A DNA stretch of 64,000 nt from a virus (IMGVR_UViG_3300028888_000097:26682-90681), one strand, 5' to 3'. Positions 50,299-60,999 are shown, numbered from the stretch's first letter. The notes: generated by a model from the letters alone, not told the origin. A program made the numbers and translations.

Positions 50299-50817
50299 GT
50301 GAAGGTCATTTTTCTTGACGTGGACGGGGTGTTGAACTGCATGAGTACCCGGGAGCGGATTTGCGGTCTTGTAGGAATCGAAGACCGGCTTGTGAAGCGG
50401 CTGGCGCAGATTGCGGCGTTCACGGGTGCGAAGATCTGGCTTATATCCTCATGGAAAAACTGTTGGGTCTGTCACGACGAACTCGGGACCTATCTTGATG
50501 GCAAGCTGGCCGGGTATGGGCTGAAAATCGCCGGGATGATTGACTATGACGTGGATCCGGAAAAGCGAGGGTATGAAGTGATGCTTTGGCTTGACGATTG
50601 GAGCCGTGACAACTGGAAAGGAGAGGACATTGAGAGTTTCGTGATTCTCGATGATGAATGGTTCGATTATTCGGATTGGTCTCTGCTCAAAGGGAGAGTT
50701 GTCAAGACGGAGTTTTACGAGAAGGACGGCGGCTTGAAAGATCTGCATGTTGAACAGGCGGTAAAGATTCTGAATGTCGGATGGGACAAAGAGTCGATCA
50801 AAGGATGGAGGACATAA
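50299..50817 (+). CDS. HAD-superfamily phosphatase (Swiss-army-knife RNA-repair HAD type)
   Basis: MKVIFLDVDGVLN, IWLISSWK, RGYEV, FVILDD. Confidence 0.8.
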   Translation: MKVIFLDVDGVLNCMSTRERICGLVGIEDRLVKRLAQIAAFTGAKIWLISSWKNCWVCHDELGTYLDGKLAGYGLKIAGMIDYDVDPEKRGYEVMLWLDDWSRDNWKGEDIESFVILDDEWFDYSDWSLLKGRVVKTEFYEKDGGLKDLHVEQAVKILNVGWDKESIKGWRT

Positions 50818-52514
50818 TGCGGGATAAGAAACGAATCCGGGCGTTCTGCAACCGGCTGGCGGATGCCTGGGAGCAATGCCCGGATCTGAGGTTCGGGCAG
50901 TTGATGATGAACGTGTTCGGGAGAATGGGGAAGGATCCGTTTTTCCCGGAGGACGATGAGATGATTCGGTACATCGAACAATTTGTCGAAGAAAACTATC
51001 GTGTGATTCTTCGGACGCACTGGAAAAGGGGGGACGGGAGTGACTGATGCTGAGAAGCGCGAGAAGGTGATCCGGGGACTGGAGATCTGTACTAATCCGG
51101 GATCTTGTTCTGAGCGTTGTCCGTATTATCATATCGAGATTACAGAAGGCTCTTGCGATTATTTTTTACTCACTGACGCTCTCGCCCTGCTGAAGGATCA
51201 GGAGCCGAGGGTGATGACGAAAAAGGAGGTTGAATGCGATTGCCCGGACTGTGTTTATTTTGAGACGCGGACTGGATGGTTGGAATGCGCCATAAAGGAC
51301 GAGGGCAAATCGGATCGTTATTTCGGCGTTTTCGTCTATGGTTGTAATGAGTGGTTCATGCGCAGCTATGAAGAATACGGTAAAACATGGCGGTGCTGGA
51401 CTTCCCGCCCCAAGCCGGAACAGACGCGGGACACGAAATGGGAGGAACATAATGGTTAAACTTATTTGTGATAAGTGCGGCTCCGATTGTGACAGAATAG
51501 GTTATGATGTTTCGGTAAGAGCACTTCATAATTTTATTCCGTACACAAAGAACGACATAGGGGAACCGCAGATTACTTGTGATAATTCGCACGTCCGCTT
51601 TGTTCTTTGTCAGGAATGTTACATAAAGATGGGGCTTCCATATCTTTGTATGCAGGAAGGGGCAAAGGAGGTTGTGTGGAAAGAGACACCGAAGGAGGAA
51701 TAAGATGCCGGATAAAAGAAAGCCATTCCCAAAAATGTGCATCACCTGTCAGCATTACGAACCGTATCACTGCAATCTGAATGACGGGTACATCGGGTAT
51801 GTGGACTGCGAAATAATTACGAAATGCCGCGCTTGGAGATTGAGCGACAATTACAAGAAGGGCGGGAAGTTTTACGGTTTGAAAGAGCCTGTGAAGGAGG
51901 ACAGTGATGCCGAAGTACATTGACGCAGACGCGCTGAAAGAAATTTTCGCGATTGAATGTAAGGATGTTTGTGATGGCACAGATGAATTCGATACGAAAT
52001 GGGGGGCAAGTCAAGAGTTAATCGAAAAAGTCATAGATTCTGCTCCCGCCGCCAATGTAGAGGGCAAGAGGATGACGGGCGTTTGGTTGGAACAGGATGA
52101 AACGCCGAATGTCAGCAGTGACAAAATATACCGTTGCTCTGTATGCGGTTATATGGACGAGCAAAGTCCAAGCGCGGAGGTTCCGTATTGCTGGCATTGC
52201 GGATCAAAGATGAAGAAGATGTTTCGAGGAGGCAGCGAATGATCTGGATTGACTATGTACTGCTTGCGTTTCTTGCGGCGATGATCTTCGTGATTGGATT
52301 CTTCTGCGGGTATGTCAAGGACAAGAAGGAGGTGGCTGACGATCTTCGGGTGGCGAAGGAATATTCCGAAGAAGCGGAAAAGAGACTGAACGAAGCGCAG
52401 GGACTTCTTGACAAGGCGCACAACTACTACGCAGAGACAAACGCGGAGTTGAAAAGGCTGAAAGAAGAGGGGGGAATGGCGGCAACGGAGGGAGAAGATG
52501 AAGCACTACGGTGA
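50817..52514 (+). other. Hypothetical genes 50817-51047, 51040-51459, 51452-51703, 51705-51923, 51907-52242, 52239-52514 (several Cys-rich or zinc-ribbon)
   Basis: Overlap-coupled ORFs; CxxC pairs in several. Confidence 0.62.
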
Positions 52515-53253
52515 TATATGCCAGATGAATGGCGCGGAGGTTGAGCGCGTCGAATGCGTGATCGGAGGAAGTCCATGTCAGGATCTTTCGGTTGCGGGAA
52601 AGAGAGCCGGACTTGCGGGAGAGCGGTCCGGTTTGTTTATGGAACAAATCAGGTTGATAAAGGAGATGAGGGCGAGAGATGAAGCCGATGGCCGAACAGG
52701 TATCAATGTTTTCCCCCGATTCATGGTCTGGGAAAACGTCATTGGGGCTTTCAGTTCCAATGGAGGCGAAGACTTCCGGGCAGTCTTGGAAGAAACTTGC
52801 CGGGTTGCAGAACCGACCGCTTCTGTTCCTCGATATGAGGGGGGGCGGTGGACAAACGCGGGAACTATTATCGGAGACGGATATTCCATTGCTTGGCGAA
52901 CTCACGACGCGCAATATTGGGGAGTACCCCAGCGGAGGCGTCGCATCTCTTTGGTCGCCGACTTCAACGGGATGCTTGCCCCGGAAATCTTGTTTGAGCG
53001 CGATTCTGGAAACGAATCCGAATCCGAAATACAATCTGTCTCAAACGGCGTGTCTTGGGATTTTGCGGAGGGCGGTTCGGCGCGGGAAGATCTCGACCAT
53101 GCCGGAAATTTTAATTCGTGCGCTGGAACGACAGGCGGGTGTATCACTTTCCGAAATCACTATGACGGAAGAATCGTCAACGATCAATCTCTAACGCTCG
53201 ACACTTGTGGGGGGGGGGGTAATAGACAACCAATCATCTTCAAGCGAGGATGA
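52498..53253 (+). CDS. C5 cytosine DNA methyltransferase, piece carrying motifs III/IV-VIII
   Basis: Starts KHYGDI; GGSPCQDLS (IV), VWENV (VI), YWGVPQRRRR (VIII); no FxGxG motif I. Confidence 0.85.
   Translation: MKHYGDICQMNGAEVERVECVIGGSPCQDLSVAGKRAGLAGERSGLFMEQIRLIKEMRARDEADGRTGINVFPRFMVWENVIGAFSSNGGEDFRAVLEETCRVAEPTASVPRYEGGRWTNAGTIIGDGYSIAWRTHDAQYWGVPQRRRRISLVADFNGMLAPEILFERDSGNESESEIQSVSNGVSWDFAEGGSAREDLDHAGNFNSCAGTTGGCITFRNHYDGRIVNDQSLTLDTCGGGGNRQPIIFKRG
52679..53194 (+). CDS. Alternative-frame overlapping ORF resembling the M.EcoHK31I beta polypeptide
   Basis: SMFSPDS...CLSAILETNPNPKYNLSQTACLGILRRAVRRGK...LIRALERQAG, nested in another frame of the MTase gene. Confidence 0.65.
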   Translation: MKPMAEQVSMFSPDSWSGKTSLGLSVPMEAKTSGQSWKKLAGLQNRPLLFLDMRGGGGQTRELLSETDIPLLGELTTRNIGEYPSGGVASLWSPTSTGCLPRKSCLSAILETNPNPKYNLSQTACLGILRRAVRRGKISTMPEILIRALERQAGVSLSEITMTEESSTINL

Positions 53254-53631
53254 TGAAGATTCGGATAATCCGGACATATACGGATTTCCTCTTGGATTTC
53301 GCCCTGAAAACGTTAAATGTTATAAAGATACAGCGACGACGTTATGCAACGGTACAAGACCCGGATTTACCTCCGGGGTTGTGTTCGACATAAATAAAGT
53401 GGGGGGGGTACTCACGATAAACCGTCAGTTAAATGTCGTGTTGAATGCTGTGGGAGCATTGATGGCTTCGGATTTCAAAGGGCCTCCCGCCATGATGGAG
53501 GTATTGTGATTGGATTCCGCGCAGAAAGTGGTTCTGATTCGCGTTCAATTGGGCTTGCGATAGAATGCGCCCCTACATTTGGGGTAAGCGTTGGACACAG
53601 TGCTGCGATATTGGACGCAAGGGAGGGTTAA
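53207..53631 (+). CDS. Two target-recognition-domain-like fragments (53207-53509 and 53506-53631)
   Basis: GFPLGFRPEN...TATTLCNG, VGALMASDFKG and IGFRAESG...ECAPT resemble TRD repeats. G11 tract at 53209-53219 and G8 at 53401-53408. Confidence 0.55.
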
Positions 53632-53632
53632 T

Positions 53633-54370
53633 TTGATAGACAAAAATAGAAATTGGGGGGGGTATGGTGCAATCTCTATTCAGGGAAATTGCATCGACCG
53701 CTCCGACCATGCAGGATGCAACGGTGCGGGATTCAATACGGAGGATGTAATGTACACGTTGAACACAATTGACAGACCGGCGGTTTATGACGCAAGAGGA
53801 AACGGAGACGGCGAAACTGTCCCGACGATCACTGGAGATCACGGAAACCGCGTCACGGATTATACGGCGGTATGCGTAAAACAATCCACCTATCAGGATG
53901 TGTGTGGCACTTTAAGTCCGGGAGCGCATCCGGGAGGCTATAATGGTCAGGATGCCAACAACGATATGCTTATTGCGAATACTTCTCTTATACGCCGTCT
54001 GACTCCGCTTGAAGCGACGCGTTGTCAGGGATTCCCGGATGGATGGGTCGATCTCGGCGATTGGACGGACGAAAATGGGAAGAAGCACAAGGAATCTGAT
54101 TCGCCGAAATATAAGGCTTTGGGAAACAGTATCGCGCTTCCCTTCTGGTACTGGCTGCTGAAACGGATTTCGGATCGATGCACAGAAAAGACGATAGGGA
54201 GTTTGTTCGACGGCATAGGGGGATTCCCGCTGTGCTGGCAGATGATTAACGGGGACGGTTCGTGCCGGTGGAGTTCGGAAATCGAACCGTTTTGCATTGC
54301 GGTTACGACAAAACACTTTGGAGACGAAGAGAAAGGAATCAAGGGAGACTGGATGGATTATGTCAACTAA
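53633..54370 (+). CDS. C5 methyltransferase piece carrying TRD, motifs IX-X, then I-II (permuted)
   Basis: Likely TTG start at 53633 after GGAGGG; G8 at 53655-53662. RRLTPLEATRCQGFPDGW, YKALGNSI, SLFDGIGGF, WSSEIEPF, KHFGD. Confidence 0.82.
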   Translation: MIDKNRNWGGYGAISIQGNCIDRSDHAGCNGAGFNTEDVMYTLNTIDRPAVYDARGNGDGETVPTITGDHGNRVTDYTAVCVKQSTYQDVCGTLSPGAHPGGYNGQDANNDMLIANTSLIRRLTPLEATRCQGFPDGWVDLGDWTDENGKKHKESDSPKYKALGNSIALPFWYWLLKRISDRCTEKTIGSLFDGIGGFPLCWQMINGDGSCRWSSEIEPFCIAVTTKHFGDEEKGIKGDWMDYVN

Positions 54371-54716
54371 AGAACTGCGGCGACGAAGGAAGGAACTCGG
54401 TCTTTGTACGGAATGCGGGAAACCGGCGCGGGAGGGCAAGACCACCTGTGCGGAGTGCGCGGCAAAACACAGCGCGGCGGACCGTAGGCGGCTTGAAGAG
54501 CGGAAGAACGGCGAACCAGTTCAGAAGCGCGGATTCAAGCCGAAATACATCTATACCGCATGGCGCGGTAGGTCGATTGTGAAGCAGGGGACTTCGCGGG
54601 AGGTTGCGGAGTTCTTCGGGATGACGCAGAAGAATCTCGATTTGTGGATCAAAAAAGGATTCAGAAGAAGAAAGGATGATGTGTTCTTTGAAAGAGAGCT
54701 TATTCAAAATCGGTGA
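54360..54716 (+). CDS. Zinc-finger/HTH hypothetical protein
   Basis: CTEC...CAEC and a C-terminal SREVAEFFG. Confidence 0.6.
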   Translation: MSTKELRRRRKELGLCTECGKPAREGKTTCAECAAKHSAADRRRLEERKNGEPVQKRGFKPKYIYTAWRGRSIVKQGTSREVAEFFGMTQKNLDLWIKKGFRRRKDDVFFERELIQNR

Positions 54717-55323
54717 CAAGGTTGTCATCAAAGTCGGGGTTCACAAGGATCAGGAAGGTTTGATTAAGGACATTGCGTATAATAGCGTGTGGAGCGTCTG
54801 GCAGTACAATGTCAACATTGTTGACCCCCTCGATGGAGCGGAGAGCGATGTGGTGTTCGCGGAAGAACATCTGATGCCTTTGGAGGCAGAAACGCGAAAG
54901 CCAAAGGCAACACAGATTAAGGATTCCGGAGAACGGACGGAGTTTTCGAGCGGAGCCGTCCGTGACCTTCACTCCGGCAAGGGCGATATGCTTTCCGTCC
55001 CCTGGGCGGCTATGCTCCGGGTGTCTAAGCACTATGAAAACGGCGCGGCGAAATATGGTCGGTACAATTACCTCAAAGGGATCCCGGTTTCGTCGTTCAT
55101 TGATTCCGCGCTTCGCCATCTTGCGAAGTATATTGCCGGTTGGGATGACGAGGACCATCTGGCTGCGGCGGCGTTCAACGTGTTAGGGGCCATTCAAATG
55201 GAAGAACACAATCCGGATATGTGCGACCTTCCGTGGCGGGAGGGGAAAAGGAGTTTTCACTATGAAGACAACAAATCCGAAGAAGGAAACTCCGAAAAAG
55301 TTTCTTCTGATCTTTCGGACTGA
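54676..55323 (+). CDS. dATP/dGTP diphosphohydrolase-domain protein (DUF5664-like)
   Basis: KDSGERTEFSSGAVRD...GAAKYGRYNYLKGIP...SALRHL...EDHLAAAAFN. Confidence 0.78.
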   Translation: MMCSLKESLFKIGDKVVIKVGVHKDQEGLIKDIAYNSVWSVWQYNVNIVDPLDGAESDVVFAEEHLMPLEAETRKPKATQIKDSGERTEFSSGAVRDLHSGKGDMLSVPWAAMLRVSKHYENGAAKYGRYNYLKGIPVSSFIDSALRHLAKYIAGWDDEDHLAAAAFNVLGAIQMEEHNPDMCDLPWREGKRSFHYEDNKSEEGNSEKVSSDLSD

Positions 55324-58300
55324 GGGATACCACAAAAAGAAAATTTACGTCACTTGTACGGAATCGGAGCTTCAAGGCGAGAAGGAGCGATGGGCGATAC
55401 TTCTGGAAGAGCAGACGGGGAGAGGACCGTGGGTCTGCACCGAGGTACAGGACGTGACGGGAAAGACCGTCAGGACAATTGGAAAGGAAGTGGTCGATTG
55501 AGCTGGGGGATGAGAGAAAGTCCGCCTGTATCGATTGTTGAGGTAAGCCGGGGATTTCTCGATACGCTGTCCCTTGACGGCGGGGAGACGGAATGCTTCG
55601 GCTTGTTTGTCTGCCGGATTGAGGAGGAGCGGTACACGGCGATCAACAACCGATGGGGACAGAGATGGAGAGAGGATTTTCGGACGCGGCAGACGGCCTG
55701 TCTGTGGCTTCAGGGGCATATGTGTCTGAACCTTCATAATGAGTTATGCAACGGCGAGACCGGCGAAAAGGTTCTTGATGTTGCGGAAAGGGTCAGGAAA
55801 GAAATTGAGTCAGGAAAAGTACGATGGAGAATCTTTAAGCGTCTTTGACCAGGCTTATGAGCGCGGGTATAAGCAGGGATACCGGCACGGCGCGACAGAC
55901 GAAAAGAACGCGGAGATCTGGCATTTACCGCAAGTTCCTCCGAAAGATGGGGAGCTGGTTCAGGTGATTCATTTACCGTACAACTGGCGGACCCGACGGC
56001 TGTGCAGAAAAAGAAAAATCCAGTGGCTGATGACCAACGGGATCTTCTTATCCGGGCGGAAGCTATGGGAAGACAACCACGAACCGGACGAGCCGTGGGA
56101 TGAGGAGGAATGGCCGGACGCGCTGATTATCACGCCGAGGGTGGTCATCGGATGGAAGGACGCGGTTCTGCTGTGGCATTCGGCGGAGGTTCCGGAGTGG
56201 TTTGTGGAGAAATACAAAGAGGAGGGTGACGCATGACGGACTGGATGGATCAGAGCGAGGAAGCCTATAAGAACGGATTCAGACAGGGCTACACCGAAGG
56301 GCTGGGCGACCGGGCGTCGGAGCTTTTAGACGGGGCGATCCGGTGGCACAAGCGATTCCCGAGCGGAGATGTGAACCATTGCTTCGTTGTCTGCCGGGAT
56401 GAGGATGGGGTAACGCGGGTTTATCTTGCTCGGTATTACGTTCTGGCAAAAGCATTCTCGGTTGACGAAGGATGGACTTATATGCACGAGGGCGATCCCC
56501 GCTTCGTGATGTGGGGCGAATACAGGCCGGTGGAGTTTACTTCGCCGGGAATGGACGGTTAAGGGGGACAGGATGGCGAATTACATACGATACCACCCCC
56601 GTTACATTAACGGACGCCCTCGGAACGAGCCGATCAAGCTGACGGAGGACGAACTTCAGGCGATGGCATCCGCGCTGAAAACGGAGAGACGTGCGGACGG
56701 GCTTTCGCGGAAGGAGAGGAGGGCCGCGTATGTCGCAGAACGAAAAGCGGTACAGGACGCTCTGGGGCGGGACCGTAAGCGGCGATAAGGTCGTCGGGTA
56801 CTGCCGTCTGCACAAGGTTCATCTGACGGCGCGGCAAGCAGAGACTAAGCGGTGTTCCGCCAAGGGCTGCGGGGCGTTCAAGAAGTGGGACTGCCAATAT
56901 TGGAGACATAAAGAACGGCTCAAAGAAGTCAAGCGGATCAAAAAGGAACAGGGGATCCCGACCTGGCAGAAGGTGGAGATCCGGACGGACCACAATGGGG
57001 AGCTTGTGCCAACGATGCGAACGAAGAAATTGAAGAAGAGGTGACTGGATGGGATATAGCCTGATTGATGGCAACATTGTGTTCATAATGGAAGACGGAG
57101 AGATCATAGGATTCCAAAACGGCATAGTGGATGCGCCGAATATGACTTTATCAAACATCGATACGTCGAATGCATACATACCGGAAAAATGGGATTGGAA
57201 CGCGACAATGAGCGGGTCGATCAACTGGACGGCATTCAGGAAATATGTCCTTCCAAGAATTTCGGAAAAACAAAAAAGATGTAAGGCCCAAATCAATAAA
57301 TGCATACATCGGATGGAGTTTGGGAAGACGCGGAAGGTGAGAAAGAAAAATATGAAACGCTGTCTCAGGTTAACAGAGAAATACTCGCGTCGTTGGGGCG
57401 AAAAGTAAAGGAGGTGATGAAACGATGTATATCTACCCGGACGGGAGTACGAGTGCGGATGGTATGAACGTGATTTCGGAGTTGATTGACTGTAAGTACG
57501 GAACGGTTCTCTGGGCGGCGGTGAAATATGCGCTGTGCCTGGAGGAAGGGGACGTGGTGGAGGCGGTCATGAAGATTCTGAAGCCGCGCGTCGGTTACAT
57601 GAGCAACGAGACGCTTTCCAAGATGCGGACGGCGGTGGAGGAATATGTCTATCGGGGACGGCAGTATGAGTTTGACGCGCGGTATATCCCCGAATGGAGC
57701 GACGTTCTCGCGTGGATTACGGCGGAAATGAAGATCCGCTCGGAATACAGGCAGAAGCAGATTGAGAAGGCGATGCTGAAAGAGGGGGAGGACGGTGAAG
57801 GTTAATGTAGACCGGGCGCGGTTTGAAGCAAAGCGGGAGGGCATGAAGGAACAGCGGATGCAAATGATTACCTTTGCCATTGCGCTGGGGTGTACGATCT
57901 GCCGGGACAAGTGGAATTTCGGAAAGCGGAGGCTCGACCGGCTTGTACGGGGGGCTTACGAGGAGATCACGGAATGGTACGAGCACTTCGGCGGGAATCC
58001 TCCCGAAGAGGGGATGAACCCGGACAACGTGCCGACGCTTTACCACGGGATGCGGATTCAGGTGGACGCGCTCGGGGTTCCGCTGGACGAAATCGAGAAG
58101 GAATACGCGCTGTCTCCCGACTTCTCCGAGTGGCGGAGCCTGAACGACCGGAAGATGCGGAAGTACCGGTTTGAAGAGCTGGAATCCATGCGGATGATTA
58201 CGCGGGCATACTGGTACGCGATGCTTCTTCACCTCTGGCACACTTACGGGAACGGGGGAGAGGTTCTGACGTGGGTTTACCGGAGGATTCAGGAAGAATG

Positions 58301-58412
58301 GGCTCGGGTGATGCGGCTCTACCTCGAATGCGACGCGGGAAAAGACAGCATGGTTTATACGTCGATGCGCGGGAGGATCCGGGCTATTGAAAATTTAGGC
58401 GTAAAACTTTAA
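55262..58412 (+). other. Hypothetical genes (approx. 55262-55501, 55498-55848, 55822-56236, 56233-56562, 56573-56788, 56730-57044, 57049-57408, 57425-57805, 57795-58412)
   Basis: Tiled co-directional ORFs; starts are approximate. Confidence 0.55.
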
Positions 58413-58456
58413 TTACAGTCCAAAAAATCAGGAATAAATAAAGGAGATTTTACAAA

Positions 58457-58921
58457 ATGGCAAGTTTTAATGTGGCGAGAGCTTACATCGGCGGAAGAAT
58501 CACTCAGGACCCGGAGCTGAAGACCACCCCCTCGGGGATTTCCGTGTGTTCCTTTACGGTGGCGGTGAACCGCAGAGCCGGGAAGGATGGGGACAACAAG
58601 GCGGATTTCATTAACTGCACGGCATGGAGACAGACGGCGGAGTTCATCAGCCGGTACTTCAAAAAGGCGTCCTCGATTTTCGTGGAGGGAACGCTTCAGC
58701 AGCGGTCGTGGGAGACGCAGGACGGACAGAAGCGGACGGTACTGGAGGTTCAGGTGGACAACGCGCATTTCGTGGACTCCAAGAGTGAGATGGAAGAGCG
58801 GACGGGGTTCAGTCCAGCGGCGCAGAGCGGACCGGCGTATGTGCCGGATGCGTACAAGGCGACGGCGGAGAGTGCGCCGAAGTTTGAGGAGATTGACTCG
58901 GATTCCGAATTGCCGTTCTAA
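58457..58921 (+). CDS. ssb: Single-stranded DNA-binding protein
   Basis: GRITQDPELKTT...FTVAVNR...DFINCTAWRQTAE...VEGTLQ; acidic tail ending DSELPF. Confidence 0.93.
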   Translation: MASFNVARAYIGGRITQDPELKTTPSGISVCSFTVAVNRRAGKDGDNKADFINCTAWRQTAEFISRYFKKASSIFVEGTLQQRSWETQDGQKRTVLEVQVDNAHFVDSKSEMEERTGFSPAAQSGPAYVPDAYKATAESAPKFEEIDSDSELPF

Positions 58922-58942
58922 TTCTATAAGAGGAGAGAATCA

Positions 58943-59194
58943 ATGAGAAAAATCAAGGTTCTGTTCGCGGTAGTCCTTCTTGCAATATCGGTTTTCCTCG
59001 CCTCTTGCAATCGCGGAATGGTGGATTTCAACCAGAAGTTTGACTATGCCTATGTTTACTGCGGAAACAATCTGATTGCGGAGGGAATGGCCGAAAAGTG
59101 GTGGGACTATGAAAACAGCGACATGGTTCAGGTCAAAATTGACGGGAGGGTTTATCTGACGCACTCCGCAAACGTGATTTTTGTGGGAGGCTGA
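58943..59194 (+). CDS. Small lipoprotein
   Basis: Signal peptide with lipobox FLASC. Confidence 0.7.
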   Translation: MRKIKVLFAVVLLAISVFLASCNRGMVDFNQKFDYAYVYCGNNLIAEGMAEKWWDYENSDMVQVKIDGRVYLTHSANVIFVGG

Positions 59195-59198
59195 AACC

Positions 59199-59570
59199 AT
59201 GCGAGATTATAGGGTTATCGCCATTGATTTTGACGGGACGCTTTGGGAAACGGACTGGCCTCGGCTGGTCCATCCCATCCTCCCGGTGATTGAGATGGCG
59301 AAAGCGCGGAAAGCCGCCGGGGACAAGCTGATCCTCTGGACTTGCCGGGAAGGTGCGGAACTTGATGCGGCGGTTGAGGCTTGCCGGGAGTACGGGCTGG
59401 AATTCGATGCGGTGAACGACAATCTGCCGGAGCTGAAGGAACAGTGGGGGAACAACCCTCGGAAGGTTGCGGCGGATGAGTACTGGGACGACAAGAACCG
59501 GATTGTGGATTCTCCGAGTTTAAGTTTCTTCGAGATTATGAGAAAATTATTGGGAGAGTGGACGGCATGA
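59199..59570 (+). CDS. HAD-like hydrolase
   Basis: VIAIDFDGT, LILWTCR, KVAADEYWDDK. Confidence 0.78.
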   Translation: MRDYRVIAIDFDGTLWETDWPRLVHPILPVIEMAKARKAAGDKLILWTCREGAELDAAVEACREYGLEFDAVNDNLPELKEQWGNNPRKVAADEYWDDKNRIVDSPSLSFFEIMRKLLGEWTA

Positions 59571-60004
59571 TTTATTTTGAAGTTAATAAAGATCTGTTTG
59601 AAGTTCCTCCTTATTATTTTTTGGCCCATTGCATCAATGGGAATTATACTCTCGGGGCCGGTATTGCTAAAACATTTAGAGATAAGATGGATATGCAATT
59701 CCGGTTGGCTCAAAAATATCCGATTCGTGACGGAGAGCAATCAAGGTACATTGGGAAAGCTCTTCTTATTGGGAGAGTTTTTAACCTTGTAACGAAAGCG
59801 TTTCATTATAACAAGCCCACATATGAATCGCTGCGTTCCGCATTGAAGGATATGGACAATCAATGCGCGAAACTTGAAATCAAGTATCTTGCTATGCCGA
59901 AGATCGGATGTGGACTTGATAGGTTAGATTGGGATAAAGTTAGAGAAATGATTCAGAAGATTTTTTGCGATTTAGATATTGAAGTTCTTATATGTTACAT
60001 TTAA
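59567..60004 (+). CDS. Macrodomain protein (Poa1p/TARG1/DarG-like)
   Basis: LAHCINGNYTLGAGIAKTF, VFNLVTK, KPTYESLRSAL, LAMPKIGCGLDRLDW. Confidence 0.85.
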   Translation: MIYFEVNKDLFEVPPYYFLAHCINGNYTLGAGIAKTFRDKMDMQFRLAQKYPIRDGEQSRYIGKALLIGRVFNLVTKAFHYNKPTYESLRSALKDMDNQCAKLEIKYLAMPKIGCGLDRLDWDKVREMIQKIFCDLDIEVLICYI

Positions 60005-60014
60005 GGGAGGCGTT

Positions 60015-60275
60015 ATGCGATCCGAAATTACGGCAATCCTTGTCTGTCTCGGATTGGCGGTGGTTTGCGCGGTCTTCTGGTATTGCTGTCTCGTGGTTGC
60101 AGGAGACGCGGATCAAAAACAGGAAGAGGCGGCGAAGGAGCTTAAGAAGGAAAAGGAAGAGAAAAGCAAGTTGAGGCAGCACGCGGGATATTATTACTTA
60201 GAGAGTGGTGGTGAAATTAAGTTCTTAGGGACAATTCCCGCGAAGAAAGAGGGAGAAGATGAGCATAAAGATTGA
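60015..60275 (+). CDS. Small membrane protein
   Basis: N-terminal TM helix followed by a charged tail. Confidence 0.6.
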   Translation: MRSEITAILVCLGLAVVCAVFWYCCLVVAGDADQKQEEAAKELKKEKEEKSKLRQHAGYYYLESGGEIKFLGTIPAKKEGEDEHKD

Positions 60276-60999
60276 GCGGATTGTGGGACCGTCTATTCAT
60301 CAATGGGAGTCGGTTATCCGAGGAATGAGGAACCCGATGAATAGCTGGGCGAAGTCCGATACCACATGGGACATGATCGAGGATCCGGAACCGATCAATC
60401 CGGAAGATATGGTCTATGTCAAGATCGGTCCGAACGACATGGATCTGATGAGGCGGTTGGAAAAGGCGGGGAGCGATCACAGGAAGTTTCTCCGACAGCT
60501 ACCCGTGATTATGGATGTGACTGCGCCGCGCTACTGGTGGGCCGAAGCCGATCAATACAAGATTAGCACAGTCACGAACTCATGTAGCACCATGCACACG
60601 ATTCACAAGAAGGAATTCGTTCTTGACGATTTTAGTTGGGATAGATTGTTGAACTGCGAATGTGATTTGTTTACAGTTGAGAGTGACGGAGGACTATTCA
60701 ACAATACTGTTCAGCCTCTTGGATTCCTTGTGGACTATACCATCCCGGCATTAAATCGTTGCAGAGAATTATATCTTGAAACGGGTAATGAGGCATATTG
60801 GGATCAAATGATTCAGCTTCTCCCGCAATCGTACAATCAGAAACGAACGTGGAGCATGAATTACGAAGTCCTGTGGTCTATGTATCAGGCCCGGAAGAAC
60901 CACAAGCTGAAAGAGTGGCGGGAGTTCTGTTTAACCATTGTGAAAGAAGTCCCGTATTTCAAGGAGATATTCGAGTTTGACAATGATGGGAGCGTATGA
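60259..60999 (+). CDS. Divergent ThyX-like (flavin-dependent thymidylate synthase fold) phage protein
   Basis: GMRNPMNSW, HRKFLRQ, APRYWWAEADQYK, SCSTMH, LLPQSYNQKR, RKNHKLKEW. Confidence 0.6.
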   Translation: MSIKIERIVGPSIHQWESVIRGMRNPMNSWAKSDTTWDMIEDPEPINPEDMVYVKIGPNDMDLMRRLEKAGSDHRKFLRQLPVIMDVTAPRYWWAEADQYKISTVTNSCSTMHTIHKKEFVLDDFSWDRLLNCECDLFTVESDGGLFNNTVQPLGFLVDYTIPALNRCRELYLETGNEAYWDQMIQLLPQSYNQKRTWSMNYEVLWSMYQARKNHKLKEWREFCLTIVKEVPYFKEIFEFDNDGSV

